From Acidimicrobiia bacterium (GTDB lineage Bacteria; Actinomycetota; Acidimicrobiia; Spongiisociales; ZC4RG35), in contig CBDBCY010000004.1 in assembly GCA_965203555.1 (NCBI GenBank), forward strand, positions 1,568,001-1,632,000: DNA of 64,000 nucleotides. Reading direction: 5' to 3'. How positions within the stretch are numbered: the first letter of the stretch is position 1; each line of letters begins with the position of its first letter. The position numbers and the translations under genes are program-made. Shown piece by piece: positions 19,893-29,495 of this stretch. The notes below the pieces were generated by a model that was not told the origin of the DNA, did no database searches, and worked only from the letters and a program-made list of their open reading frames with translations.

Positions 19893-20900
19893 ATGACCCC
19901 TATGTACTTTGAGGAGGATTCCGACCTGAGGCATCTCGCAGGCCGGACCATCTGCATCGTCGGATACGGCAACCAGGGTCGCTCGCAGGCCCTCAACATG
20001 CGGGACAGCGGGCTCGGGGTAATTGTGGGGAGCCGTCGGGACGCCTCTTACCAGACAGCCCTGCAGGACGGCTTCGCGGTGTTTCCGGTTGGGGAAGCGG
20101 TAGCGCGTTCCGATGTGATCTTCCTTCTGGTTCCCGACGAGGTGATGCCCCAGGTCTACGAGGAGGATGTCGCCCCCAACCTCGTGCCCGGCAACATGCT
20201 GGTTTTTGCCAGCGGCTACAACATCGCCTTCGGCCTGATCACACCCTCCTCCGATGTGGACGTGGTCTTGATCGCTCCTCGAATGATCGGCGCAGGAGTC
20301 AGGGACACCTACCTGAGCGGAGAGGGCTTTCCCAGTCTCGTCGCCGTTCACCATGCCGCCACCGAGACGGCCTTCGAGCGGATGCTGGCCCTCTGCGAAG
20401 GGATAGGGTCCACCAGGATGGGCGTGATCGAATCCAGTTTCCTGGAGGAGACGACCGTGGACCTGTTCGCCGAACAGGTGGGCTACCTCTACGCGGTGCG
20501 CCGCTATTGCGAAGTACTGGTGGAGGCCGGTTGCAGTCCCGAGGCGGCCATGCTGGAATTCTATGCCTCGGGTGAGGGCATCGAGACCGCCAAAGCGTAT
20601 CGTGACATCGGGCTCTGGGACCAGATCACCCTGCATTCCCGCACCAGCCAGTACGGGCAGGAAGTGACCAGCCGACTCTCCGCCGAGGAGGAGGAAACCG
20701 AGCGGGACAGGCTGAGAGCGATCATCGCCCACATCCAGGACGGGTCTTTTGCCCGGGATTGGACCGCGGAACAGCAGTCTGGATTCCCCGAGTTCAACCG
20801 GGTCAGGGCGCTGAACATGGCCCATGAAATGCGAACGGCCGAGAGAAGGCTCTACCAAGTGCTGGGACGGATACCGGACAACGGGACAGCTCTGTCCTAA
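19893..20900 (+). CDS. ilvC: ketol-acid reductoisomerase (class I IlvC-like, divergent)
   Basis: IVGYGNQGRSQALNMRDSG, LVPDE, EETTVDLFAEQ, HSRTSQYG, IQDGSFARDW. Confidence 0.8.
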   Translation: MTPMYFEEDSDLRHLAGRTICIVGYGNQGRSQALNMRDSGLGVIVGSRRDASYQTALQDGFAVFPVGEAVARSDVIFLLVPDEVMPQVYEEDVAPNLVPGNMLVFASGYNIAFGLITPSSDVDVVLIAPRMIGAGVRDTYLSGEGFPSLVAVHHAATETAFERMLALCEGIGSTRMGVIESSFLEETTVDLFAEQVGYLYAVRRYCEVLVEAGCSPEAAMLEFYASGEGIETAKAYRDIGLWDQITLHSRTSQYGQEVTSRLSAEEEETERDRLRAIIAHIQDGSFARDWTAEQQSGFPEFNRVRALNMAHEMRTAERRLYQVLGRIPDNGTALS

Positions 20901-20941
20901 GCCCAGGTCTACGGGGTTTTCGAATAGGGTGAGGTGGGTGT

Positions 20942-22078
20942 CTATGACGGCCAGAGCAGACCGTCCCTCAGGACCCGGTGAAAGGTGGCCAACGGCCAAA
21001 CCTGGATACCGTCCTCGGACTGGAAGGACCGCCGCCCGTTATAGACCAGAATGCGGCGGGTTAGCCCAGCCAGGCCTGCTATTGCCCGCAGACCCTTGAG
21101 CATGGTGAGGTTGTATTGACTGGTCGATTTGACTCCGATCGCCAGCCGCTCGTTGTCGCGGGTCAGAACGAAGTCGACCTCGGTCTGGGATTGAGCCGGC
21201 GCCCAGTAGGCGATGTCATCGAACAGAGGCTGCCACTGGGCATGGGCGCGAATCGCGCCGAACACCCACCCCTCGAACAGGGCACCGCGTTCCTCGGGGG
21301 TGACCGGCCCGAATTGCCGCTTCACGGCCCGCACCAAATCGGGATCCACCCAGTAGAGCTTTGGACGGCGCCTTTCCCGAACTCTCAACTTGGTCTCCAG
21401 TGCCGACAGTCGGGTGATCATGAGAGTGTCCTCCAGGATTCCCAGATAACCGGCCACCGTCGATCGGGCCACGCGGGCATCCCGGGCCAAGCTCGCCGAG
21501 TTGACAGTCTGGGCATCCATGAGGGCAGCAACCGGAAGGAATCGAACGAACCCCGGGAGGTTCCGCACGGCCGCCTCCGCCCTGACTTCCTCGCGCAGAT
21601 ACAGCTGTGTGTAGCTCTGAAGCACCCGTCGGCGGTCACCGGACGTCCACACCAAAGGGCTGGTTCCGTACCGGAGCGCATCGACGAGTTTGAAGTCCTT
21701 GCCCAGTTCGGCGGCGGTGGGCGGATGCATCTCCACGTGGAGAGCCCGCCCGGCCAGCAGGTTGGTCCCCGCCGTCTTCAGTTTGTGCGCGCTGGAACCC
21801 AGCAAGGCAAACCGGATGCTCCGGGTCTCGATCAGCCTGTGGATCTCGTTGAGCAGACTCGGGATGCGCTGGACCTCGTCGACCACCACCCATTCGCCAC
21901 CCCGTCGTTGTGAAACCAGATCACGGAACAACACCGGATCGGCCAGCAGATCGGTGAACAGGGCTTCGTCCAGCAGGTCGAAATAGATGGCGTCCGGAAA
22001 GGCGGAACGAGCCCACGTACTCTTTCCAACCCCTCTGGGACCGAACAGAAAGAAGCTTCGGTCGGGAATCCCGGTCAA
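20942..22078 (-). CDS. AAA+ ATPase, AAA_14/DUF4143 family
   Basis: GPRGVGKST, VDEVQR, LAGRA, KLYWVD, EVDF C-terminus. Confidence 0.88.
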   Translation of the reverse strand: MTGIPDRSFFLFGPRGVGKSTWARSAFPDAIYFDLLDEALFTDLLADPVLFRDLVSQRRGGEWVVVDEVQRIPSLLNEIHRLIETRSIRFALLGSSAHKLKTAGTNLLAGRALHVEMHPPTAAELGKDFKLVDALRYGTSPLVWTSGDRRRVLQSYTQLYLREEVRAEAAVRNLPGFVRFLPVAALMDAQTVNSASLARDARVARSTVAGYLGILEDTLMITRLSALETKLRVRERRRPKLYWVDPDLVRAVKRQFGPVTPEERGALFEGWVFGAIRAHAQWQPLFDDIAYWAPAQSQTEVDFVLTRDNERLAIGVKSTSQYNLTMLKGLRAIAGLAGLTRRILVYNGRRSFQSEDGIQVWPLATFHRVLRDGLLWPS

Positions 22079-22217
22079 CCTCGGATAGATCGCAGTTGGA
22101 GAGAATTGTGCGTCATACCGTCAAAAAACGCCGATAAGTGACGGCTATGTATGCATTTTGCACAATGCGTGAGGGATCCGGAAGGCCTGATCCGGGTCCC
22201 GGCCACCTGCGTATCTT

Positions 22218-23504
22218 CTAAACCTCCTGAACGAGTCCTTCGCACCGCCTGCGGGTCCCTTCCTCAGTGACTGCCGGTTCTGGACGTTTCCATAGGCGTA
22301 CGATGAACCGATGTTCCTCTTCGATCAAGTCGGGCTCGGTTCCATTGTGAGCCAACATGGCCGGGATCACCTTGCATCGTATCCCCATGCCGCGGGCGTC
22401 CACATACCGATAGTCGCGCATCACGTTGACCAGCGTCTGGTTCCGGGCGTAGCGCATGCCCGATTTCATTCCCTCCAACGTAACGGTGTTGGGCAATCTG
22501 CCCGGGCTGTGAACCTCGAGCCGGTCGGAGAAGATCAACAGGGTTACGTCCGTGCCGACGATGCTGTAATCTCGATGGACCAGGGCGTTGACCAGGATTT
22601 CCCGGACCGCTTCTTCAGGAAACTCCCAACCGTCGATCCGTCTGGGCCCTTCCAAACGAGCAAACGGTGTGGTGTTGCGCCGAACGAAGTCCCACGCCCC
22701 CTCGACAACCCCGGTTTCGACAATCCGGCCGTCCCTGGAAAGCAGAGGAACCAAGGCGCCCTTGATCGACTCGTCCGCCCGCACCGTATAGTCCGGTTCC
22801 TCGCCGGGATAGCATATGGCCCGGATTCCGGACTGCGGCAGGAAGCGTCCCGTGTTCAGCCCGAAGATGAGCATCCCATCGACAGTGGGCACGGTTTTCC
22901 CTCCCGAAACCACCGCAAAACCCAGGTTGCGCAACAGCGTCTCCCATCCGTCAGAACCTTGAGAGGGAATGTCGCCGTAGTCCAAAACGCGGGTGAAGTA
23001 ATCCTGCAACCGGCGATGATCCACATCTTCGATGTCAGCACCCAACACGGGTTTCAGCCCGTAACGAAGCCCTCCCGACTGCTGATACAGTCGTTGCTCC
23101 TCTTCACGGGAGGCGTCTCGAGTGGTCGTCCCCGCTCGTACCTTGGTTATCCACCCACCTCCCTGTTTGACCTTGTAGGGCTTGTCCGGCGCATTCTGAG
23201 CCAGGTAGATGACACCGATGCCGATACCCGACCCCAACTGCAACACCTGCCACGAAGGTATCAGGGCGGGCTGAATATGATCCCTGGCCACTTGCATGAT
23301 CCATTCTTCAGTTTCTTTCGACTCACGGGCAAGACCGGTGATCGTTCCGTCGTCCTCGACCCCCAGAAGGATGTGTCCGCCTTCCAGGTTGAGCAGAGCA
23401 GCCACTTCGGCCGCAAGCTTCCCTGGGCGGACATCGTCACGCTTGAACTCAACAGCAGAACTCTCGCCGTTTCTTATCATCTCCAGCAGGTCGGTTCTGT
23501 TCAT
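22218..23504 (-). CDS. AlbA_2 (Schlafen-like) + HATPase_c_4 domain protein
   Basis: GESSAVEFK..LNLEGGHILLGVEDDG..G; REILVNALVHRDY; SPG; RN..L..G.G. Confidence 0.85.
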   Translation of the reverse strand: MNRTDLLEMIRNGESSAVEFKRDDVRPGKLAAEVAALLNLEGGHILLGVEDDGTITGLARESKETEEWIMQVARDHIQPALIPSWQVLQLGSGIGIGVIYLAQNAPDKPYKVKQGGGWITKVRAGTTTRDASREEEQRLYQQSGGLRYGLKPVLGADIEDVDHRRLQDYFTRVLDYGDIPSQGSDGWETLLRNLGFAVVSGGKTVPTVDGMLIFGLNTGRFLPQSGIRAICYPGEEPDYTVRADESIKGALVPLLSRDGRIVETGVVEGAWDFVRRNTTPFARLEGPRRIDGWEFPEEAVREILVNALVHRDYSIVGTDVTLLIFSDRLEVHSPGRLPNTVTLEGMKSGMRYARNQTLVNVMRDYRYVDARGMGIRCKVIPAMLAHNGTEPDLIEEEHRFIVRLWKRPEPAVTEEGTRRRCEGLVQEV

Positions 23505-23557
23505 GAGCCGGTCCCCGACACCAGGGCGTGTTGACGCTTTTGGGGGGGCAGACTTCT

Positions 23558-24775
23558 TCATTTTCGTTGTTTGATCGGGCGTCGGCGCGTGGATCGGCGT
23601 CGGCCGCTCCGGTACTTAGGTCGGGGTGGGCGTCCCCATTGGGTGGGTGGCGGGCGGAGCCGGTAGGCGCCGGTTGTAGTGCGTTCAACCTGCCAGTCAT
23701 TGTCGTGTACTTTGTGGTGGCATCTGCTGCACAGAAGACACATGTTGTCCAGGTTGGTGGGACCCCCGTCTTGCCAGTGGACAATGTGGTGGGCCTGGCA
23801 CCAGGAGGCTTTGGCGCCGCAACCGATGCAGGCCCGGTCGCGGGCGACCAGCGCGGCCCGTTGGGAACCGCTGGCCGTCCGCCGGGCCCGTCCCAAATCC
23901 AGCGGTACCGACGGTCCCGAGAAGATGGCCGGGAGGACTTGCGCGTCGCAGGCCAACTCGCGTAGCGTCTGGGCGGGGAGGGGGGTTCCGTTCTCTAGGC
24001 GAGGGTTGCCCAACTGTTGGCTGACCGCGTCGTAGTCGGCGATCAACAACAACCTCACGTCCTGAGACCGACCGTCTTTTCCTTGGCGGGTGACCAGTTC
24101 GGCTATGGCGTCGGCCATCCGCTGACCCGCAGTAGCCCGATCGGTGGGGTCCTCTTTGTGCCACAGATCCTTCATCATGTGAGACACCGCCGTCTCGACC
24201 CGGGCACCGGTGACCGGGTCGAAACGCCCATACAACACGGTCATTCCGTCGTCTTGGTCGGTGGTGAGCTTGGCGAACCGGCGGGAACGCTGATGCTCCA
24301 ACTTCGACACACCATCATCCTCTGAACGCTTCTGTTCGTGTTTGCGGACCATGCGGGCGAACTTGTCAGGAGACTGGGAACGGGCACCGTCCAACAATTC
24401 ATTCTCGTCAATGGTTCCCCTCTGGTTGGCGCCCGCCAGGATACGCGCGTTGTCAGCAGAGATCTCTCCCTTTTGGAAACCTTCCCGCGTCTTGGGCAGT
24501 TCCTCCAACCCCCGGGCGGTCTCCACCTCCGACCGGGCCTTCCGACGGCCCAACAGCCCGTCCTCCCGCAATATCGTTTCCACCTTCTCCGTTCCCTGGC
24601 GGCGGCGCAACTCCGACACCGCCTGGGCGCGGACCGCCGCCACTTGGTTCTGGACGCGGATGGTGGACTGTATACGCTGTTTCAGTTCTTCGACCGACGC
24701 CTCCACGACCGGCATGGTGGGTGACAGCAACTTGGCCAGGTTGGCGGACCGCCGACGGTTGACTGCTTGTTTCAT
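23558..24775 (-). CDS. DUF222-HNH endonuclease (13E12/REP13E12-like)
   Basis: QRMADA, LACDA, RDRACIGC..CQAHHIVHWQDGGPTNLDNMCLLCSRCHHKVH; likely leaderless start at ATG 24775. Confidence 0.9.
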   Translation of the reverse strand: MKQAVNRRRSANLAKLLSPTMPVVEASVEELKQRIQSTIRVQNQVAAVRAQAVSELRRRQGTEKVETILREDGLLGRRKARSEVETARGLEELPKTREGFQKGEISADNARILAGANQRGTIDENELLDGARSQSPDKFARMVRKHEQKRSEDDGVSKLEHQRSRRFAKLTTDQDDGMTVLYGRFDPVTGARVETAVSHMMKDLWHKEDPTDRATAGQRMADAIAELVTRQGKDGRSQDVRLLLIADYDAVSQQLGNPRLENGTPLPAQTLRELACDAQVLPAIFSGPSVPLDLGRARRTASGSQRAALVARDRACIGCGAKASWCQAHHIVHWQDGGPTNLDNMCLLCSRCHHKVHDNDWQVERTTTGAYRLRPPPTQWGRPPRPKYRSGRRRSTRRRPIKQRK

Positions 24776-24781
24776 GCCTAC

Positions 24782-24804
24782 AGTATGCACAGGGGGTGTG
24801 ACAA
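24782..24804 (-). promoter_or_regulatory. RecA-NDp/PafBC-like promoter motif
   Basis: TTGTCAC-ACCCCCTGTG-CATACT, 6 nt before the ATG; near-identical motif at 35252. Confidence 0.55.
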
Positions 24805-24983
24805 AACATCACCAAGTTGTGAAAACAAACACTAAAATACCGAAAAATCTCACCCCAGAGGTCTACGGCTACCGAAAAGCACCCACCGGGCGCCAGCGAC
24901 AAAACCGGCCTCCCGGTCGGTCAAGATTCCTCCCTCTTATCACCTCCACCTCATCCGCGGCGCGTTTGTAATGTGAACCCGCC

Positions 24984-25859
24984 CTACCCTGTCCACCCTT
25001 CGGCGGGGCGGTCGAACCAGACGTGGACCTGGCCGGTGCCGGTGGCGTTCTCGTAGTCGGAGAATTGGCGGCCCGGCGCCCGGCACCGCTCTCCGCCGAC
25101 CGAGGCGACCATGGCCAGGTAGTGGCCGAACCCCGCTTCCGGCTCATGGGGGAGGTACTCGGGCATCGTCCCGATGATCCGGGCATGATCACCATCCGCC
25201 ATCCACGCTAGGCGCTCCTCGTCGGCGGCCCGAGCCTCCGGAGTGAAAATGTGAACCGGATCGGATGCTTCATGGTCGATCAACTGCCGAAGCGGCCAGA
25301 ACCGATGGGTCATTCCTCCTGACGCCAGCACCACCACCCGCCGGTCCACCGAAGCAACGGCTCTGCCGAGCGCTTCCCCCAGGTGCAAGAAATCTTCGGT
25401 CTCCCCGGTCTGCACCATGCTGACCGACAACACCCTTTCGCTGCGGCACAGATAGTGGACCAGGTTGATCGTCCCGTAGTGGACCGGCAGGTAGGGATCG
25501 GAGATAGGGGTGCCTTTCACTCCGTTCCCGGTCACCTCCTCGGCAGCGGCTTCGGCCAAATCCGGGTCTCCCCGATAGTCGTAGGGAAGCTGGGAGATGC
25601 CGCGGGGAAGTTCCTCGGAGGTGTACCTGCCGCTGCGCCGCTCGTGGGAGGCGAACACATGCTCCACGGTGGTGTGCCAGTGGGTGTCGAATATCACGAT
25701 CGTATCCGGGGAGAGAGCGTCCAGCACCTCAGAGCGCAGCCTCCTCAGACCGGGCACCAGGCTGATCTCCTTGCCCTCGTTCAGTTCGTATCTCACCTCC
25801 CGGGGAAGCATCACCGTCGGAGCGTGGGAAATCAGTCCCACTCCCACTATCTCACCCAT
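24984..25859 (-). CDS. LigB-family extradiol dioxygenase (HpaD-like)
   Basis: SHAP, DTHW, YGT, LASGGMTHRFW, E..FGHY, YENATGTGQV. Confidence 0.85.
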   Translation of the reverse strand: MGEIVGVGLISHAPTVMLPREVRYELNEGKEISLVPGLRRLRSEVLDALSPDTIVIFDTHWHTTVEHVFASHERRSGRYTSEELPRGISQLPYDYRGDPDLAEAAAEEVTGNGVKGTPISDPYLPVHYGTINLVHYLCRSERVLSVSMVQTGETEDFLHLGEALGRAVASVDRRVVVLASGGMTHRFWPLRQLIDHEASDPVHIFTPEARAADEERLAWMADGDHARIIGTMPEYLPHEPEAGFGHYLAMVASVGGERCRAPGRQFSDYENATGTGQVHVWFDRPAEGWTG

Positions 25860-27327
25860 GATCGGTCTCCTCTCTCCAGCCCCCAGGACCGAGGACCGTG
25901 TTGTTCAGATCGCAGTAGAAGTCAAAGCTGTACGCGCCACCCTCCCGACCGATCCCGGAATGCCGGCTTCCGCCGAACGGGGCTCGCAAATCACGCACAT
26001 AGAAGCAATTTACCCAGGTGGTGCCCGACACGATCTGGTCGGACAACCGTCGGGCACGATCCGGATCGCCGGTCACCAACGCCGCCGCCAGCCCGTACCT
26101 GGTCGAGTTGGCCATTTCCACCACCTCTGCGTCCGAAGCGAACGCCTGGAGGGTCAGCACCGGACCGAACACTTCCTCGGTCAGAATCTCCGAACCCGGC
26201 GGCGCGTCCAGAAAAAGGGTGGGGCGATAGTAGAGACCTCCCAGTGCCCGGTTCGGCCCACCCCCCAGCACCGGCCGCGCCCCCCCGGCCGCGGCTCGGC
26301 GGACAAAGCCATCCACCCGCTCCAGGTGAGCCCGGGAAATCAGCGGACCCAGATCCGTACCGGCGGAGCGGGGATCACCCTGCACCAAACTCCCTGCCTT
26401 TGCAAGGAACCGATCCAAGAAATCGTCGAACAGAGACTGGTGAACCAGGAGCCGGGTGGCGGCCAGGCATACCTGTCCGGCATTGTCATACTGCTCCACC
26501 GCCAGATCCACCGCCATGTCGAAATCGGCGTCGTCCAGGATCACCAGCGGGGATTTTCCTCCCAATTCCAGGCTGAGCGGGACCAGGTTGGCGCCGGCCG
26601 CCGCGCCTATCAGTCGGGCCGTTTCCACCGATCCGGTAAAGCTGATCCTCGCCACCCGGGGATCGGAGACCAGCGCCGCGCCAGCCTCCTCCCCGTAACC
26701 CTGCACCACATTGAAAACCCCCGGAGGAAGACCGGCCTCCTCGGTGATGTCGGCCAGGAGTGAGGCAGTGAGCGGCGACCATTCGGCGGGTTTCAACACC
26801 ACCGTGTTCCCGGCTGCCAGGGCGGGCGCCACCTTCCAGGTCGCCAGCATCAACGGAGCGTTCCAGGGAGTGATGAGAACCGTCACTCCCGACGGTTGAT
26901 GGGAGACCCGGTTGCGGTGACCGCGGGTGTCGAACTCGGGGTAACCGAGTTCCAGGAGGTAGTCGGCGAAGAACCGGAAATTGTACGCCGAGCGGGGCAT
27001 GAGCCCTCGAAGATTGGAACGCAGCAACGAGCCGTTGTCCATCGTCTCGACCGCCGCCAGTTCCCCGACCCGCTTCTCGATCCCCTCGGCGATCCGGTGG
27101 AGCGTCTCCGCCCTTTCCTCCCGGGACGTGCGACCCCAGACCGAAAACGCCTGCTCGGCGGCTGACACCGCCGCGGAGGCCTCATCCGCCCCGCCCCGGG
27201 CCACCGAAGCCAGATGCGACTCGTCGATGGGAGAAAAATCGGGGAAGATCCCATCGGAGGCAACCCTCCGACCCCCTATCCAATGATCGAGAGCGATCTG
27301 CGCCCCCGCCACCGAAGCGGTTCTCAT
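25852..27327 (-). CDS. aldehyde dehydrogenase (HpaE / hydroxymuconic semialdehyde dehydrogenase-like)
   Basis: ITPWNAP, KPAEWSP, FTGS, LELGGKSP, GQVC, EEVFGPV, DLRAPFGG. Confidence 0.88.
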   Translation of the reverse strand: MRTASVAGAQIALDHWIGGRRVASDGIFPDFSPIDESHLASVARGGADEASAAVSAAEQAFSVWGRTSREERAETLHRIAEGIEKRVGELAAVETMDNGSLLRSNLRGLMPRSAYNFRFFADYLLELGYPEFDTRGHRNRVSHQPSGVTVLITPWNAPLMLATWKVAPALAAGNTVVLKPAEWSPLTASLLADITEEAGLPPGVFNVVQGYGEEAGAALVSDPRVARISFTGSVETARLIGAAAGANLVPLSLELGGKSPLVILDDADFDMAVDLAVEQYDNAGQVCLAATRLLVHQSLFDDFLDRFLAKAGSLVQGDPRSAGTDLGPLISRAHLERVDGFVRRAAAGGARPVLGGGPNRALGGLYYRPTLFLDAPPGSEILTEEVFGPVLTLQAFASDAEVVEMANSTRYGLAAALVTGDPDRARRLSDQIVSGTTWVNCFYVRDLRAPFGGSRHSGIGREGGAYSFDFYCDLNNTVLGPGGWREETDHG

Positions 27328-27669
27328 CTGGAACCTCCATCACCCGCAGGCCGGCCACCGGCCGACACTCGCGAAAACCCATCCCTATCCCGCGAAACCC
27401 GGCTGACCCCTCCTACCCGTTGGGCCCCGCCCCCGCCACCACCTTTCCGTTGATGAAAGCGCGCTCCGCAGGTCCCGCCAGGGGTCGCTTTCGAGGATAT
27501 GACCTCCTGTTTCTGCCGCGGTCCGATCGACGCCGGGAACGGACCGGGAGGTGTTTTTCGTGACATTGCCAATATGTGACGAAGCTGAGACACAATCAAC
27601 ACCCTGTCCTTCGTTTCCTGCGCGATTCTGTCATGTTTTTCACACCCCAATGGCATTCTGTCCGCTCTC

Positions 27670-28863
27670 TCAGCCGGATGAGACCCGCGCCATCTCCAGC
27701 GAGGCCCGGACTCTCTCCCCGGCTGCCCGCAACGCGCGGTTTTCCTCTTCGGAAAGGGTCATCTCCACCACTTCGATCAAACCGCCCCTGCCCAGCAGGG
27801 CCGGCACGCCCAGCACTATCCCCTCCATGCCGTATTCGCCCTCCAGCATCACCGACACCGGCGTCATTCCGGCCCTTTGGCCCCGCAGAGCATCCAACAC
27901 CTCACAGATGGCGTGTCCGGGGGCCAGGAATGCCGACCCGGTCCGGCGCAGGGACACCACCGCCCCACCGCCGCCTATGGTTCCCTCGACGCACCTTGCG
28001 ATCTGTTCGGAGGACAGCACCCGCCCCACCGGACGTCCCCTGATGGTCGCCCGGGACAGGACCGGCACCATCTCCGGACCGTGGCGGCCAAGGCAGAATG
28101 CCTGAACATCACGGGGAGCAACCCCGGCCTCCCGGGCCAGCAGGTAGCGAAAGCGGCTGGAATCCAGGGTGCCGGCCATTCCCAGGACCTGCCTGCGTCC
28201 AAAGCCCGACGCCGAGAGGGCCTCGACGGTCATTTCGTCCAACGGGTTGGTCACCACCACTATCACCGCCTGCGGGGCGTGGGCCGCCACCTCCTCCGCC
28301 ACCGAACGGACCACCCTCCCGTTGACGGCGATCAGCCCGGCCCGGTCCATTCCCGGAGAACGGGGACGACCGGCAGTGATCACCACCACTTCCGCATCGG
28401 CGAGCAGCGCCGACTCGGACCCACCCCTCACCCTGACCGAGGCGCCGGTTATCCCGGAGGTGTGCTCCACGTCGAGGGCCACCGAGGCGGCAAGTCCCGA
28501 CACCACATCCACCAGGGTGATTTCCGATGCCATATCCGAGACGGCGGCCAGGTGGGCAACAGTGGTTCCCACATTCCCGGCGCCGACCACCGCCAGCCTG
28601 GTCAGACGCCGCGGTCGCATTCCCACCGGAGGATCCGGCGCCATCCAACGGGGAGCGCTTCGGTACAGGACCCGCCGTACCGCGGTGGCGGGATCGACAG
28701 CCCGCGGCTCGGGGACGGGCACCGGCCCCTCCACCAACTCCAAGCCGAGGGTGGCGATCACCTCCCGGGCCTGGGGAGTGATGATATCCCCGGGTAGGAA
28801 GACGATCTCGCGGCGTCCCCTCCTCGCCTCCTCCCGGACCAGGGACTCACCGATCACAACCAT
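27670..28863 (-). CDS. malate/lactate dehydrogenase-family enzyme with EutQ-like N-terminal extension (BMC-associated)
   Basis: VVGAGNVG, ITAGRPRSPGMDR, VTNPLD, GTLDSSRF; ~75-aa N-terminus containing IITPQAREV. Confidence 0.85.
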   Translation of the reverse strand: MVVIGESLVREEARRGRREIVFLPGDIITPQAREVIATLGLELVEGPVPVPEPRAVDPATAVRRVLYRSAPRWMAPDPPVGMRPRRLTRLAVVGAGNVGTTVAHLAAVSDMASEITLVDVVSGLAASVALDVEHTSGITGASVRVRGGSESALLADAEVVVITAGRPRSPGMDRAGLIAVNGRVVRSVAEEVAAHAPQAVIVVVTNPLDEMTVEALSASGFGRRQVLGMAGTLDSSRFRYLLAREAGVAPRDVQAFCLGRHGPEMVPVLSRATIRGRPVGRVLSSEQIARCVEGTIGGGGAVVSLRRTGSAFLAPGHAICEVLDALRGQRAGMTPVSVMLEGEYGMEGIVLGVPALLGRGGLIEVVEMTLSEEENRALRAAGERVRASLEMARVSSG

Positions 28864-28871
28864 GTTCGCGC

Positions 28872-29495
28872 CTAGCGGCCTTCCACCGCCTCCACCGCCT
28901 CCACCGCCGCCTCCAAAGCGGTGGCCACGTTCTCCTCGGATCCGCTGATGAAAAGCCGCCCGTAACGACCCACCGCTCGGACCTGCACGATGCTGATCAG
29001 CGCCGACTTCTCGGCTGCATTGGCGCCGATGGCGATATACCCGGCGGGAGCGCACTCCACGATGCCCAGGGTCTCCCCCGGCACCACCATGCTGCCCCGG
29101 CGCCACTTGTTCAGCAACTGGGCCTGGTAGGGCTCCACCGAATTGATGCGCTGGACACTTTCGATCCGGGGTTTGAGCCGGTCATGAAGCGACATGCCCA
29201 GATGAGCCAGAATGGCTTCCCGGGCCACCGTTATCTCCGATGGAACCCGTGAGCGAAGAATGAAAAACCCGAATTCCCGTTCCACGATCTGGCTGGTGGC
29301 CTCCACCGTGGCAGCTTTGAGGGCGATATCCACCAGTCGGAACACCTCGTTGCCCGGCGCCATCTCGCCCACCAGCACCGAGTCGCCGGCCAGGGGAATC
29401 GATCCCTGCACGGTGGCCCCGTTGTAGGCGGCGAATTTGGGCTGCAGGCCGTCCAGTTGGAAAAAAGCGCGGATGGTCAACGAGTTGTCCGTCAC
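28872..29495 (-). CDS. BMC-T shell protein (CcmP/CsoS1D-like double-stacking type)
   Basis: LQPKFAAY..P..GD..EMAPG..DIALKA..QIVEREFG; second domain with GRYGRLFISG. Confidence 0.88.
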   Translation of the reverse strand: MTDNSLTIRAFFQLDGLQPKFAAYNGATVQGSIPLAGDSVLVGEMAPGNEVFRLVDIALKAATVEATSQIVEREFGFFILRSRVPSEITVAREAILAHLGMSLHDRLKPRIESVQRINSVEPYQAQLLNKWRRGSMVVPGETLGIVECAPAGYIAIGANAAEKSALISIVQVRAVGRYGRLFISGSEENVATALEAAVEAVEAVEGR

